Shown: positions 23,796 through 37,672 of the stretch, piece by piece
Layout of the letters: each line of letters opens with the position of its first letter
Position numbering within the stretch: position 1 is the first letter of the stretch
Source of the DNA: Callorhinchus milii
Taxonomy: Eukaryota
NCBI RefSeq assembly: GCF_018977255.1
Contig: NW_024704742.1
Coordinates: forward strand, 60,204,001-60,268,000
DNA length: 64,000 nt
Direction: 5' to 3'
Program-made: the position numbers and the translations under genes
Notes under the pieces: generated by a model
What the model was told of the DNA's origin: nothing
Databases searched by the model: none
The model's input: the letters and a program-made list of their open reading frames with translations, nothing else

Positions 23796-26700
23796 TAAGA
23801 ATCTGACAAATTCTGCATTCTTTGAAGTGCTACGATACTAGAATAAATGATTGAATGCCTAATTCTGTGTAAAAAGTCTGCTGGAGTTGTGCACAATATA
23901 GCCAATAAGGTGTTTGATCTGCATTGTAGGATTTAATTGAGCACTTATTACACTATCTTAAAATGATAAAACAAAAGGGTAAAAATTGTGAGGGGCGATA
24001 ATGATCATCATCATATTATTAATATATATTGTTGAGCCAGATATTAATTATCAATTGATTATCAATAGTCATTGAGGGGTCATAAGTATAAAGCCCCACT
24101 CCTACGAATTAAGCACAATGATTGTGAGTAATGCCAACACATGGCATCCAATCCATGTATCAGCAACTTAATTTAGGAGAAGGAAGTTCTTCCCAGTATC
24201 CTGGCCAACAACCCCCAGATAAAACTGGTCATTCACTTCATGGAGGTGGGTGGGACATTGCTATCCACAAATTGGCTGCCACATTCGCCTACAAAATATA
24301 CAGTCATTATACTTTGAAAGGCGCTGTATCAAATGTAAGGATTATTATTTATTATTAAGTAAACAATCAATTGATATCCCACAAACCAGTACTGGTATCT
24401 GGGACTCCACAGCCAGCAAAATCCAATGGTGTCCTGCTCCATGCACTGAGTTGTCTTTGGGGACGGTGCACACACATGGCCATTGGTAATTATAAACTGG
24501 CCTCAGTTTGACAATCATAATAATAATAAAAATATAATCCTTGCATTTGATATAGCACCGATAATGTTGGAACATCTCAATGAGCTCTACATTTATTATG
24601 ATAATTGCAGTGACTGTGTATTTGAAATCTAATGCAACAGCCAGTTTTGCACACAGATATGTTCCATAATCACCAATGATTACCACCTCGCAATTTTCAC
24701 CCCACAGAATTGGCTGGTAATATTGAACTTGAACGTAAGTGCGTTGGGGTCTTTACTATGAAAATGATTATATCAGCACTCCACTGTGCCTCTTGCCAAT
24801 GGAATTATTGACACAGTAAAACCCCTAATGCTTTGTATTTATTATTGCTGAAATGAGTATGCTAACATGCTTAATGCCAGAGTTGGGAATAGGGAGCTGA
24901 TAAAGCATGAGGCACAGTATTGATCATTAGTAAATGGATACTCCCGCAACTACTGAGCTGCAGCATTTCAGCTTGTTTCGGGTTTTAAATGCCACTACCT
25001 CAGCTACTAAGATAATATGAATTCAGTAATCTATCTGCTAATGCGCGATAATGAATACTTTATAATATTTTTAAAAAATTGCCTACTCCATCATGCAGTA
25101 ATAGTAGCAGCTTTTATTTTTCATTTTGAAATTATATCCAGGGTTAGTTACTTGTAACTAAATGTAATTGTTAGCTTTTACTTAACCCTTTGAGTCCTGT
25201 GAACAGACCTAGTCATTTTAATGCTATTGGGATTCTGGGTCACTTATGACTATATTTTCAGACACTGGCTCTCACGCATTATTCAGGCTGATTTGTTTGC
25301 ATAATGACAGGTTTTTACCACTTCTGGTAGGACTTTTACCAGGGCGACACTTACAAAGCACAATGACCATTTCAGCACATGTGTTGTGAGCTCCACCACT
25401 TTGATTTTTGTGAGTGAGAGACAGGTTCTAGGTAAGGCTCAAAGAACTGAAAAAATGATAAATCCCTCCCCTCCACCTCCCCACCCCAGACAGATGAAAT
25501 GTAAGCCAAGGGTCCTTGGATTTGTTAAGCACTGATTTCGAAGAAGTAAATCAGCACAAGGTTTTTTTTTAGAAGGAAAACAAGCAAATGTGGTTCAATA
25601 TTAAAAAAAGAGAGGATCTGTAGCTTAATGGTTAGAGCACTTGCCTCGCAAGTGAGAGGACCTGGAATCGATTTCCAGGCAGGGTGAAACGTTGGGCAAG
25701 TTTCCTTAAAGCACGTTTCCTTTCTCCACAGGCTGGACATCAGCTTAACATCTCATCCAAAGGATGTACCTCCAACAATGCAACTCTCCCCCAGTACTGC
25801 AATGGCGTGTCAGCCATGACTTGTGAATTCAAAGTCCCAACCTGGGACTTCACCCACAGCCTTTTGACTCAGAGGTGAGAGCGCCACCAGCTGCGTCAGG
25901 CTGATCATTCACAAGTCACTATTTTCATCCCATAACATCCAAGAAGTGACATACTTTTTAACGATAGGATCAAGCAAAATATTTTAGATCCATGATTAAA
26001 TATAAGAATAGCTTTTTTTCTTGTTTGTAATGGATAATTTAAATATTGCTACATTAGCAAGTGTGGGCAATCAGTTCCATTGAGCAGTGCATCTAATACT
26101 TACGAAAGGCAGGGCCATTTGAAGAGATTCAAGGGCAACAAACATGATAACAATTTTTTAGCAAACAGGATGATAAAGAAAGGCTTGAGGAACTAAATCT
26201 GTATTCTTTGGAGAATATAGGTGAGAGAGAATGTGACACAAGTTTGATTCATAAAGATTTTTGGAATAAACTGCATGTCCTAATGTTGTTTATTCTGAAA
26301 CCTCAATATTTCACGCTCGCTTGTCTGCTCACTGAAAACAAAAGGGTGATGCATCCAGTCAAGCAGTGATACCCTCGCTCTGTATGTCCAATACAAGCAC
26401 AATGTTGTGAAACCCATCTTTAAATTGAGAAAACAAGTATAAACGGATGTCATCAAACTGAATTCTGGCTGCTAGTTTAGAATAGATTCTAAATATTTGT
26501 GTACATGTTCAGATAACTCAGTTTCATGTTTCAATAACATGTGTTAATAGCCTGACTGAGAGCAGTAGCTTGAGGTGAATTTTGTAATATTTCTTAATGG
26601 GATTTCTGAAATAACCGATCCAGAATTGCAAGCCACTCATGCTCATTCTATTTTCTAAGCGAGGTTACTTTTAGTAAGCACAAGGTGCATGATGTACTTT

Positions 26701-28913
26701 CATTAACAATAAAGGATTCCCATTTAGATTTCTTAATTAAGAAATGCCATTAAAAATATTGCACAATTGACCCTCTTATCTTTATTAAACCATTTACCTG
26801 AATAAACATAAGTGCAACTATTACACTTATATCTTTGAGTAAAACAATCTTTTATTTCTCGTTAGCATGAAAAATGTTATCTGTTTTATTCACCAATATT
26901 TCATAGTTTATTTTACAAATGGCTTCAAAATGGTGATTTACAATTTCAAATTCACTAAAGGTCATAGACGCAAATTTTCTGTGCAATACAATTACAGTTT
27001 ATGTCCAAAAGAAATGTTTTTTTAAAAGAAATAATCTTAACACTTGTGCTAATCAGGTCACCACAGGGAAGATTGCATGTATTTTGAAGACATAATAGAG
27101 GTATTAAGGCGTATGGCAATGGACCAGGACATTGGAAATAAAAAAATAAAATTTATGGAATAGGCTCAATGGGTTGAACCTCCTTCTCTTGTTCCTGTAT
27201 TCCTATGCTCCTACACAAAAATGTGTACAACAACAACAGCTTGCATTTATTTATATAGCACCCTTCACGGGTAGCGTCCTGGAGCGCATTGTACAAAAAC
27301 TGTGTACAATGTTACGTGTAGCTCCTTTGTCGAAGGGAAATGAGTGGCTGACATGAAAACAGAATTTATATATTCTGCTATCTACTATCCACAAAAAAGA
27401 CATAGCTGACCTCTAGCATATGAAATAAGTTAGAACAGTAATTAAAGTGACATGTAACCAGATTGATATGCAGGGAGGAAAACTAAAGAAGACAAAATGG
27501 AACATGATACAAGCTTTTAAAATAATGAAGAGAATCGGTGATGTGAATCCACATTGTGTCCACAAGAAACCAGAATTGATTACAACCTGAGGAAGTCACG
27601 AGCTAAGTTTGACTTAAGGCAGCACTTCTCAGTTGTTGACTCATATATTAGAGTGCCACCTAGTGCAATAAGTATTGAGTCAATTGAGGCACCGAAAGGG
27701 AATTGGATCAATTCTTGATCAACAAAGAGTAGAATCATTTGGATCTGAGGAAGGGTAAAGATTGCAAAAGTTCGATGAGTTCTGGAAACAGCCCTGGATG
27801 TTGGAACAAGCAGGATGGATTAAGTCATCATTTGCTCATTGCTGTAATCCTATGTGATAACTACGAGTTACTTTAAAGCAATCTGAATATAAGCAAAAAC
27901 TGTCAATAATAGGGGATTTACATGCAATTGGATTTCACTGCATATTAATATGATATTAATATAATACATTAATACAAATAATCCTTGTATTGCTATAGCA
28001 CTTTCACATTGTGAGGATGTCTCAAAACACTTCATAGGATTTACTATAAAGTGTATTTTGTAGCCAAACACAGCAGCTGACTTGTGGAGAGCAATTTATT
28101 GGTTTATTGGCCACAACACATGAATGCCTTTTTGAATAATGTCATTGGATCATTAACTTCCACCTCAACAGGCACAGGTTTAATGCTTCATCTCGTCAAT
28201 GTAAGTATTTCAGCAAACAAAGTGTAGAAAATACCCAATATTGACCAATAACATATCATAGTAAAATATATACAATACAATTTATATTTGTTTAGTTCGT
28301 TTCACTTAGGGAGGCTGTCCCAAAACATTTGCTACTGCTGGCTGAGCACCAGAGCTGGGAGTGGTAGCCAAAGGGAGTAGAGAGAGGAGAGTTGACTGAA
28401 AAAATGGTCAAATACCTATCTCTTGAAACAGTCTTGAACGAGATGATGAAACCCACGCAATTTTTTTTTACAAAAGGTGATCTGCCAGATTGTAGAATAT
28501 TTAAAGAATATTAATAAGATTAAGGCACCTATTTGAAGTAAATTGGGTGACAGAACAGAATAGGTATGGTTTATAGAAAGCTCAGATTCATGCCTTTGCT
28601 CATTCAATGTTTAACCTGTTCATTCATAAGGAAATCCACATTTATATGTAAATGAGGACTTCTGTGCTATCAAGTTTGAGAATTTTCTGATGATAAAGTT
28701 ATAAACTTATGAATATCCTGTTAGATTTAATATCCCAGAATCACAGGCAATTAAGATGTAATTAGACTGATTGCAGTTACAGGGAAACAAAATCATTTTG
28801 TTCTTGAGAGAGGTGAGAAGTGTAGCATCCAATGCGATAATTGTCAGAATTTCTACTCCTGGCAATGTCTCAAATAATAATGATAATCTTTACATTTGAT
28901 AAAGTGCCTTTCA

Positions 28914-29746
28914 TCAACAACCAACAGGACATGACCTGGCTGGCGATAAAAGGGGCCCCTACCCCTCAGGGCTTTCATGCATGGTGGATGTCTGGGTCAG
29001 TCAGCATGTTGCCCTCAGGCCGGCTGCAGAGGCCAGGAGACCAGGGACCACCTCTTCCTGGAGTGTTGTTACGCAAAGGCGGTTTGGAAAAAGATGGAAT
29101 GGATTCTCTCGCGGTTTGTCCCTGGGGACCTGCTGTCATGACTCGGTGCTGTACAGCCTCTTCCCGGGCACTCAATGTGAAACCCACATCGAGTGTGCCT
29201 GGAGGATCATAAACTTGGTAAAGGAGGCATTTTGACATTCCCGAAACCAGGTGTTTTTCTGGCAGAAAAAGGGCACGGTGAGGGCCTGACCCCGGCAAGA
29301 GCCGCTACGGCACAATCCCGCTTAGGGCGCATCCACAGGGTACCCCACGAGGGCACCCAAAACTGACTGAAACAAACATAAGGGTTCAGAAGGACGCTCG
29401 AGATTCAACTAAAGACCATCTGAAAATGTATGTACGGTAAGCATGTACGCATGGTGCACATTGGGGCACCTTCCGAAAGCAGCAAGTGCACCTTATCAGG
29501 CTGTGTGGGGGCCCGCACATGGATGTGGTGTACACAGGGGCGACTCCCAAGTGTGTTAAAGGGAGCGTCCCAAAAAACATGTGCACAACCTATGTGCGGT
29601 AAAGGAATGTACCATAAACAACAGAAGTTTTTTTTTGTATCGGGAGAAAGGAAAACAATTGTAACAGAAGATGTTGTATTTGTTTTGGATTTCTGTTCTA
29701 CTAAATATTAGATTGATAAATAAATATATATTTTCAAAAAAAAGAA
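28914..29746 (+). mobile_element. Tx1/L1-clade LINE 3' end (zf-RVT region, 3' UTR, A-tail)
   Basis: Translates (frameshifted) to CPQAGCRGQETRDHLFLECCYAKAVW...CAWRIINLVKEAF; AATAAA and A-tract at ~29720-29746; TSD GCCTTTCA at 28906-28913 and 29747-29754. Confidence 0.85.
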
Positions 29747-29754
29747 GCCTTTCA

Positions 29755-30060
29755 CACTAGGAAGGCTTCTAAAAGTGCTTCACAAGCTTCAATGTAAAGT
29801 GTCGCGACTGTGTATTTTGCAGGTAAATGTGGACAACCAATTGCACACAGTAATGCTCCACAAACAGGAATTAAATGAATGACCCATTTTATCTGAGAGA
29901 TTTTTGGTCAGGACACTGAGAGAAACTCCCTTCTCATTTCAAGTAGCACCATAGGATTTTTAACTTTGAACAGGCAGATGGGATTTTGGTTTCTTCTGAT
30001 CTGAACGATGGCACCTCTAACAACGTAGCACTCCTTCAGCACTGGGTTCGAGTGTCAACT
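29755..30060 (-). mobile_element. Deu-domain-like SINE (host of the Tx1 insertion; its tail continues at ~28873-28913)
   Basis: Reverse match to family body; tail split by the insertion. Confidence 0.7.
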
Positions 30061-31364
30061 TTGTCGATGGTTGTGGATAAAATCTGCCCTCCTCACCGTC
30101 TGCTTCATGAAAACTGTTGCGTCTGAATCCACTTGTGACAGTTATTGAGTTGTCCCATTGTACCACTGACCCTGCCACGCAGACATACAGAATGAAGATT
30201 AAACTTAACTCTTAAAATCGTTGACTCAGATATTTCTAGAAGTTGAAATTCCAACTATGTAAAAATACCACATGTGATAATTGCCACATCAAAGATTACA
30301 TCACCTTTCATTTCTGAATTTGACTTGACATTAGTTACTTTTGAAACATTATGCGAGGCATTAAATGTGATAAAGCACTGTAAAGTTTTTTCACTGTTGC
30401 ATCTTCAAGCCTTAATTTTAAGTGTTGAATTTTCTTTATTATTCAACCATTATTTTTTAAGCTGCAAGTTATATGAGAACTATGTGTTTGAATTGGCTCT
30501 GAGGAGATCTGTAAACAATTGATAAATATTGGATAAATATACAAATGTGACCTTTTTTGTATACAAATAATAACAGCGCTTGAACAGCGCCTTATCACTT
30601 CAAAATGTTTCAAAGTCCTTCACAGGTTTGCTATAAAGTTTACTGACTGTGTATTTGTAAGCTATTATATTATATTTACCTCTTTCTAGAACTCCATCTC
30701 GAAGTCTGCTGACTCACCCTTTCCCTCCCACTATTAAAACCCACCCCAAGATCTATCTGTTTGATCATTCTTTCAGTTATTATTTCCCCAAACCCTATCC
30801 TCTTCAGCACCTACTCTCCCCCTTCCAGTTCAGGATCTTAGTCAGCAGGTTCAAGCACTTTGAGACATCCCCCTGACATGAAAGACGCCATACAGATGGA
30901 AATTGTATTGTACAATTTGAAATATCTGAATAATTTATCAGCACATCTTTATTTGATGCATTGACTTTTTTAGTAATATTTAGATGTTCACATTTTCTTT
31001 TCTAAGCAGTCTCTTAAAGTAAATAAGTTGAAGATATAGATTAGGTTTCATCCATGCAAAAATACTTTTTTTTAAAACTTGGAAACTTAGGAGAAGGAGC
31101 ACTGGATGAATATTTCAAGGAACCTCTGAGACCCTTCAAAGCTGAGAATGAATACACAATCATTTTTATTTTCCTTGAGCTTTTTTTGTGGGAGGAATTT
31201 AAAAATGATAAACAGCCTTATATAAATTAGACTTTCTTTACTTCCATGGCTGACAATTGAATACTCACTATTCTAAAGGGGTACATTTTGTGATGTGGTA
31301 ATTTTCATCTATTTCCTAATTTACACGAGTAGGCAATTTATGAACTTATAATATTTATCGCTTT

Positions 31365-31693
31365 ATAATAATAATAATAATAATAATCCTTGCATTTGAT
31401 ATAGCGCTTTTCACGTCGGGAGGATGCCCCAAAGCGCTTCACAGAACACACTGTAAAGTGAATTGACTGTATATTTGTGGGCGAACGCGGCAGCCAATTG
31501 CGCACAGCAATGTCCCACAAACAGTAGTAGATTGAAAATGACCAATTTGTTATTGTTTTTGGTTTTTGGAGGGATTATTATTAGGCGTGTGGAGTAAGGA
31601 AACTTGCCCAAGGTTTCGCCCTCTGCCTGGAATTGAACTCAGGTCTCTCGCTTGCAAAGCGAGTGCTCTAACCACTGAGCTACAGGACTCCAC
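31365..31693 (-). mobile_element. Young full-length tRNA-Ala-headed SINE
   Basis: Rev. GTGGAGTCCTGTAGCTCAGTGGTTAGAGCACTCGCTTTGCAAGCGAGAGACCTGAGTTCAATTCC (A/B boxes, TGC loop), CpG-rich body, stem-loop tail, (ATT)n. Confidence 0.92.
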
Positions 31694-32049
31694 AATCCAC
31701 TTTGACTGGTCCCAAGTATGCAGGAGGAGATTGTTCCCTCTAATAGTGGTGACTGTAGATGTGTTACGCATTGGACTTCCAATATGTAGGATACTGGTTT
31801 AAGTTAAATAAAAACAGAGATAAGTTAGAATGTTTATTTACACTGTCAAATTTAAAATATATATGATTAAAATAAAAATCATAATCCTTGCATTTGATAT
31901 AGCACCTTATCACATTGTTCAGATGCCTCAAAGCACTTCACAGAATATCCTGTAAAGTGTAGTGACTGAATATTTGGGGGCAAAATGTGGCAGCCAATTG
32001 TAATTATAAATTTATATATTTGTAATTATAAATTTATAGATGTTGTTAA

Positions 32050-32410
32050 TCAGCAGGTTCAAATGAAGAGTGCCCCATGGCCCATTTCATCTCATCCTTT
32101 CAGAATGCCCAGCCTACCATCTTCCCATTACAGCGTTTTTTTTAATAAGTCCATTATCTTGGACTCAATCATGGGAACAAAGAACAGGATTAGGCCCCGT
32201 TATGCCTGTTTTGCCATTCTGCTCGATCATGGCTGATCTGTACCTCTACTTTGTTTACCCGCCTTTGCTCTATATCTGTTGATATCCTTATCTAACAAAA
32301 ATCTATTAAACCCAATTTTGAAAATTTGAATTGATCCAGCATCCAAAGTCTTTTGAGGGAGATAGTTTCAGATTTCTACTACCCTTTTGTGTGAATAAGT
32401 ACTCCAGGAT
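32050..32410 (-). mobile_element. CR1 3' UTR fragments
   Basis: Similar to the CR1 3' ends at 41493-41900 (GATCATGGCTGATCTGTACCTC..., AAAAATCTAT). Confidence 0.6.
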
Positions 32411-33564
32411 GCTACCCACATGTAGGGTGCAAGATAAATGCAAATTGTTGTTGTTGAATAAAACGCTTCCTTTACAATCACACTTCCTGTTTCTTGTCCC
32501 AGCTCTTAAATTCCCTCTATGTAATGCTTCCTCTCTTCTGTTCCAAAATTGCCGCTGACAACCCAGAATCTGTAGCCTTTTGTTCTGCTGCTTTCATCTC
32601 GCTCAAATTCCTGTTGTGCGTTTAATTCTTAATTTTTTTTTATCATTTTATTTACTTCAGTGAAGAACCTTAGCTTATCTAATCACTCCGATCATTTTGT
32701 CACATTGACATTCGGGATCGCCCTTGTTGCTCTCTTCTCTCATGTATTGAATTCTCAGATGAATAAATAAAAATGCTCCTAACAGTTGTATTATGTTCTC
32801 AGCTCACATATTTTACATCTGAACAATTTGTGCTGCCTTTATATCTCAGCATTGGCGCAAAGCAAAACAGGCTTTGTTCCTTGAGCTTTGCTCTACAGTA
32901 CAACGGCTGCCTTTTCATTCACAGAATGTTCCATTGTGCCAATGGCACAAAAGCATCATGTGCCTAATCCATATGTGATATCTTTGGAAGCTTTTAGACC
33001 CATTACTTTTGCAAAATAATAATAAAAATAATCGTTGCGTTTGATATAGCGCCTGATCCCAGTGCTTCGGGAGCTATAACTCCTAATTCCAGTACTTTGG
33101 GACATCCTCCTGACATGAAAGGTGCTATATGAATGTAATTTGTTGTTATTGATCACATTGTGAAGATGTCTCAATACGCTTTACAGGAATTATGAAGTGC
33201 GTATTTGTTGGAGCTAATTTGTGCACACTAATGTCACAAAAACAGCAATGAAATGAAATGAATGGCCCATTCTATCTCAATAGCATGAGCGGAGGTTGGG
33301 AGAAGTGCCAAAGTATTAAACTTTCTCTCCAAGAGCAAGTCTCCCAATCCTAAGGCTTCCACCCTATACCTTGGTAAAATACTTTGAAATATTCAATTCC
33401 ATGATAGGTCATTTAAGTATAAATTGTTGCTGTTGGAGTGACAATCGATAAAAGGACTCATGGCAGTATATAACATATTAGTGCTAGTTTAGCAAATATT
33501 TGGTATATTTTTCGGGACACAAATTTGTATTTCTGCAACAGAGAAAGCTTGATACAGAGACAAC

Positions 33565-33780
33565 AAGAGACCCAATGTGGAATATATGCTCTCTTCCCAG
33601 AGGGATGCAATTTGAGAAATTAAATAAGCAGGATGTGTCCCTCCAGGGAGAGTACCCATTCCATTCCAAACACGGGAATTTCCATATGTTTGTGGCACAG
33701 ATGGACCTCTTAGTTTGGTTTGGATACTCTTAATCATTGGGTTTCTGCATGTGTCAGAGACCTGGCGAACCAACAGAAAA
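33565..33780 (+). mobile_element. Family X retroposon 3' end
   Basis: TTGGATACTCTTAATCATTGGGTTTCTGCATGTGTCAGAGACCTGGC then an A-rich end. Confidence 0.7.
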
Positions 33781-34474
33781 GAGATTCAACACCAAAAAGG
33801 ATCTAGGAAAATTCAAGTGGACTCTTTTGGGCTTGAGACTCAGCACCTTGGGTCATCCTCCTGATGTGAAAGACGCTATATATATGCAATTGTTGTTGTT
33901 TTCATTACAGGTTGCCAATAGGCAAACTCATATTGAAAGAGTAACATTAATTGGATCCATGTGGAGTGAAATGCTTTCCTCATTCTAATGTAGTTAAATT
34001 GTACCATCAATTGTAGCACTTATTCATTCATTGAAATTGATCAGAAGCAAATTGACACAGAGAACAGACAAACACTTCACAGAATATCAGATTTAGCAAA
34101 GGTATCAAAATGCTTTGTTTAATGCAGCAAAATCATTATCAATTGCCCTACATATTCATTCTTTGAAATTGATTTATTAAAACTGATCAATAGCAGATCC
34201 TCTTTTCAAAAGCAAATGGAATAAGACGTGAAATATTCTGCTTAATCTCGTTCGTTGTCACTGTTTTATAATAATGTACAAAATGTTGCACATTTTCAGG
34301 CATGAATCATAAAAAGCCATTATTGGAAATAGTTTCAATCCAATCTCAACATCTGAAAGGAACTATTCTTTACTGGAAATATATCAACAAAAGGTGAAGC
34401 CTAAAATAGTCTTGTGGTCTTAACATTATCACCTTGTTTTAAAATGTAGTGCAGGATTTTGGAATGATCTTAAT

Positions 34475-34970
34475 TTTTTTTGCTCATGATGATGTCTGAT
34501 ACATGTAGAAATCCAACACCATACTTAAGTGTATCCACATAAGACTGAGAGTTCCATGCATGTCATGGACACACGGAAATTACGATGCTGGAATGGAATA
34601 CATATTTTTCCTGAAGGTATGCATCTTCAGGATAGAATGAAGCAAGAGATTTGGGACCCCAGAGTGTGTGTTGGGGTATTGCTGGAATTTATTCTGCTAA
34701 AACCGCATATCTTATCAGTGAAAGTAGTGATTGGCAAGCTTTCCCATTGCTTGTCCAGCTGGGACTACCCTTCCCATTCAGGCTTGGGCTTGCAGGTTTA
34801 ACAGTATCTGAGGGGGAAGAATTCCTACCCCTACTTCGCTCCTCCAATTCCTGCTGATAAGCCAGTTTGTTGCCATAGGTGTCCTGGAATACTGCAGAAC
34901 TGCCTGGCTCGGAAGACCAGACTACCGATACCACCACAGAGGATTGACTTGATTCCATCGCCAGAAACAT
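34475..34970 (-). mobile_element. Family X retroposon, longest copy
   Basis: T-tract, then collinear with 23357-23795 and 13960-14330. Confidence 0.75.
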
Positions 34971-37399
34971 CACCTTGAAGTCAATTCATTTCCAGGTAGA
35001 CCCTGCTTAGTTCCCCACCTACCCCTCCTTGCAGAAGAGAGTAAGGACTAATGTTCATTATTAATTTGGATGCCAGTTATCCAAAGATTATTTTAAGAGC
35101 TGCTAGAAAATCTGCTTTCAAATTAAGATAAAATTCAAGATTCTTTCTAAATTCTGCATGATTTTAAATGTTATGTCTTAAGGCTAAGATGTGAAAAATG
35201 TCAGGCTTCAGGTGTTTTGATTGCTAATGAAGATAGACTGGTAGGTCGAAAATTGGGTTTCTTCAAATAAGAATTGCTCTTTATATTGTATGTCTCACTT
35301 ATGATGTGAAGTGATATTCAGCAGTTACAAAATCCCAATTGCTGCCGGACAAATCCCTTAGCAGACTGCAGCAAATCTCTCTTTGATGCCACTGGGAAAA
35401 AGAATACAATTGCTAGCATGAACTAAGTGTGTCAATAACCTATTTGGAGACTTAGAAGCTATAGCTGAGCCTAGGTTCTCGAGTTCAACCTCTGACCAAA
35501 TGAACTCCAGGATTCATCTTTAATAATGGAATTTTGAACAAAGAGAATCCTGTTACTCTGACAGAAAGACACAAAGAAGGAAGCTGGGAGAAGTCAATGA
35601 TAAGAAATCTACAGATGAAGGATGTTATTTCCAGGGATGTCATAGTGAAATCTCTTGTACCCTGTTCTGAGCTGTACAGTTGTGTTCTATACTTGTAATT
35701 CTTCATAACTTTCTCTTGTAAATAAAAGCAAAATGTACTTTTCTGCACTTAGGATTTGTAATAGCCACCTTGTTAAAGACAACATGTAATATATGTAAAA
35801 CATTAGCTTATTATTTGTCTGGGTTTTGACTTATTAAATGATTGAAACTTAAAATCACAAAGGCTAGTTAAACATGAAATCACGTAAAGTGATGGCTGTT
35901 GTTAATCTTTTGGTGAAAGTGGATCTTTCCCTTTGTATGACTAACTTATTTGATTCATTAGTTTACATAATCTCATTAAAATGAATTAAGCCACTGTGAA
36001 TTTGCAAAGTAGCATTCTGTACGTTCGGGTGAAATGGTTAAATCAGTAGCTTTTATCAAAACAAAGAGTGTGTTTTTAATTGGAAGAATTATGTTCAAAA
36101 GAATTTGCATACTTTTAGTGAAAGCAAGCAATTGGAACTTCTGTTTGAGAGAAGTAAGCAAAGCTTTTAATGTAATTTTATGCATCACTTGCATCTGAGG
36201 CAGATCAAATACATGAAAGAGTTCATTTTACATTGGCTGACTCTAAATAAAAGCAAAATAATGAGGTGGTAAAATCGGTATCTATGCTGAAATGATCCTA
36301 ATTGTGCAGTCATATTTTTTAAATAAGTGCCATTGTAATTAATCTTTCATTTACACTTGAATGGGAATGCAGAGTAACCACTTCAACAAGAAAAATTCTA
36401 TAATACTGTTTTATATTGAGCAAAATCATGTCAAGCAAGGTGCTTAAGTAAGGCTATAAACCTTCCTAGTCGTATTTTTATCAAATAAGTTGTATATAGT
36501 TGTTATTTTAAATTCACCTCTGTATTTTATTTTGAACATTTAGGATGTTATTTTCAAGTCTCACATGATCAATGCAATTTAAGAGGAAACTAGATAATGT
36601 AAACACATGAGGGAGAGGGAATAGAAAGGTGTGGGTGGGGGTGATCAGTGGGTGAAGTCACATGTGGGGCATAAAAACTGGCACTGACTAGTTGGGCCGA
36701 ACAGCCTGATTCCATGCTATACTATCTATATAAACATCATATTAAACAAAAACTGATGCATTGCATTTGATTTATCACATTTTGATACTTTGTTCTTTTG
36801 TAGGCACTTCAGCACTTTTTTTTCTGAATAAAATGTAATGTTTAGGAGTGAGTTAAAAATATTTATTTCAAAGACTTGTCACAATCTCAAACAGATCAGG
36901 TCAAATGTATGTTATAGTTGACAATGGAGCTATTTTGTCCTTTTCAGTCTCTTTTTGGACTTGGTTAGTCTTGAAGGCTAAAATACTGAGATTGTTGAGA
37001 TTAAGTAATTTTTTACTTACTATATTTCTCCCATAACAAATTCTCATCTCTCTATGGATATTCTTCACTCTTCTATAGCTTGTTACAAAGAATAAAATTC
37101 ATTGCAAGAAGAGTACTGTCTGGGAAATCCAATTTGAAATGCTGCTTCAGTGAACAAATCCTGCAGATTTTTGATATCAGCAGTAAAGTGTTCAAGATTT
37201 AATGCACTTTACCACTGTTTCACCTATGACTCCTTCGCTTTTTACACATTAACGTATGTTATTAATAAGACATTGTTAAATTAGAACCAAGGTGAAGACT
37301 CAAGATGCCTATAGCACTGTACATCCTCTCTGTTGGGAAAGAGCAGCAGAGAAAATAGATAATTAAAGGTAAAGTATTGAGGTGATTCCAGGTTTGAGT

Positions 37400-37672
37400 T
37401 TTATACCATCTGTAACGCCTCAAAGAGCTTCACAACATTTCTAGAAAACACAGTGACTGTGTTTGTAGGTAACCGCGATAGCTAATTTGCACACAGAAAT
37501 GTCCCATAAACAACAAAGTGGGCGATTGGCTGCTCTGTTTTGCCAAAAAGTTTACAGTCCATTCACTAATAAGGAATAAGGAAACTTGCCCAAGGTTTCG
37601 CTCTGCCTGGAATTGAACCCAGGTGTCTCGGTTGCAAGGCGAGTGCTCTAACCACTGAGCTACAGGACTCCA
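37400..37672 (-). mobile_element. tRNA-Ala-headed SINE
   Basis: Head CCTGGAATTGAACCCAGG...GAGTGCTCTAACCACTGAGCTACAGGACTCCAC matches the 31365 copy. Confidence 0.85.

Noticed and set aside
31615..31693. tRNA-Ala gene (also 3150, 25615, 37600, 54244)
   Set aside because: A/B boxes and anticodon arm are present, but there is no acceptor-stem pairing and each runs into a SINE body or repeat context
35169..35802. Solo LTR
   Set aside because: TGTT start, AATAAA and AACA ends exist, but no matching TSD was found
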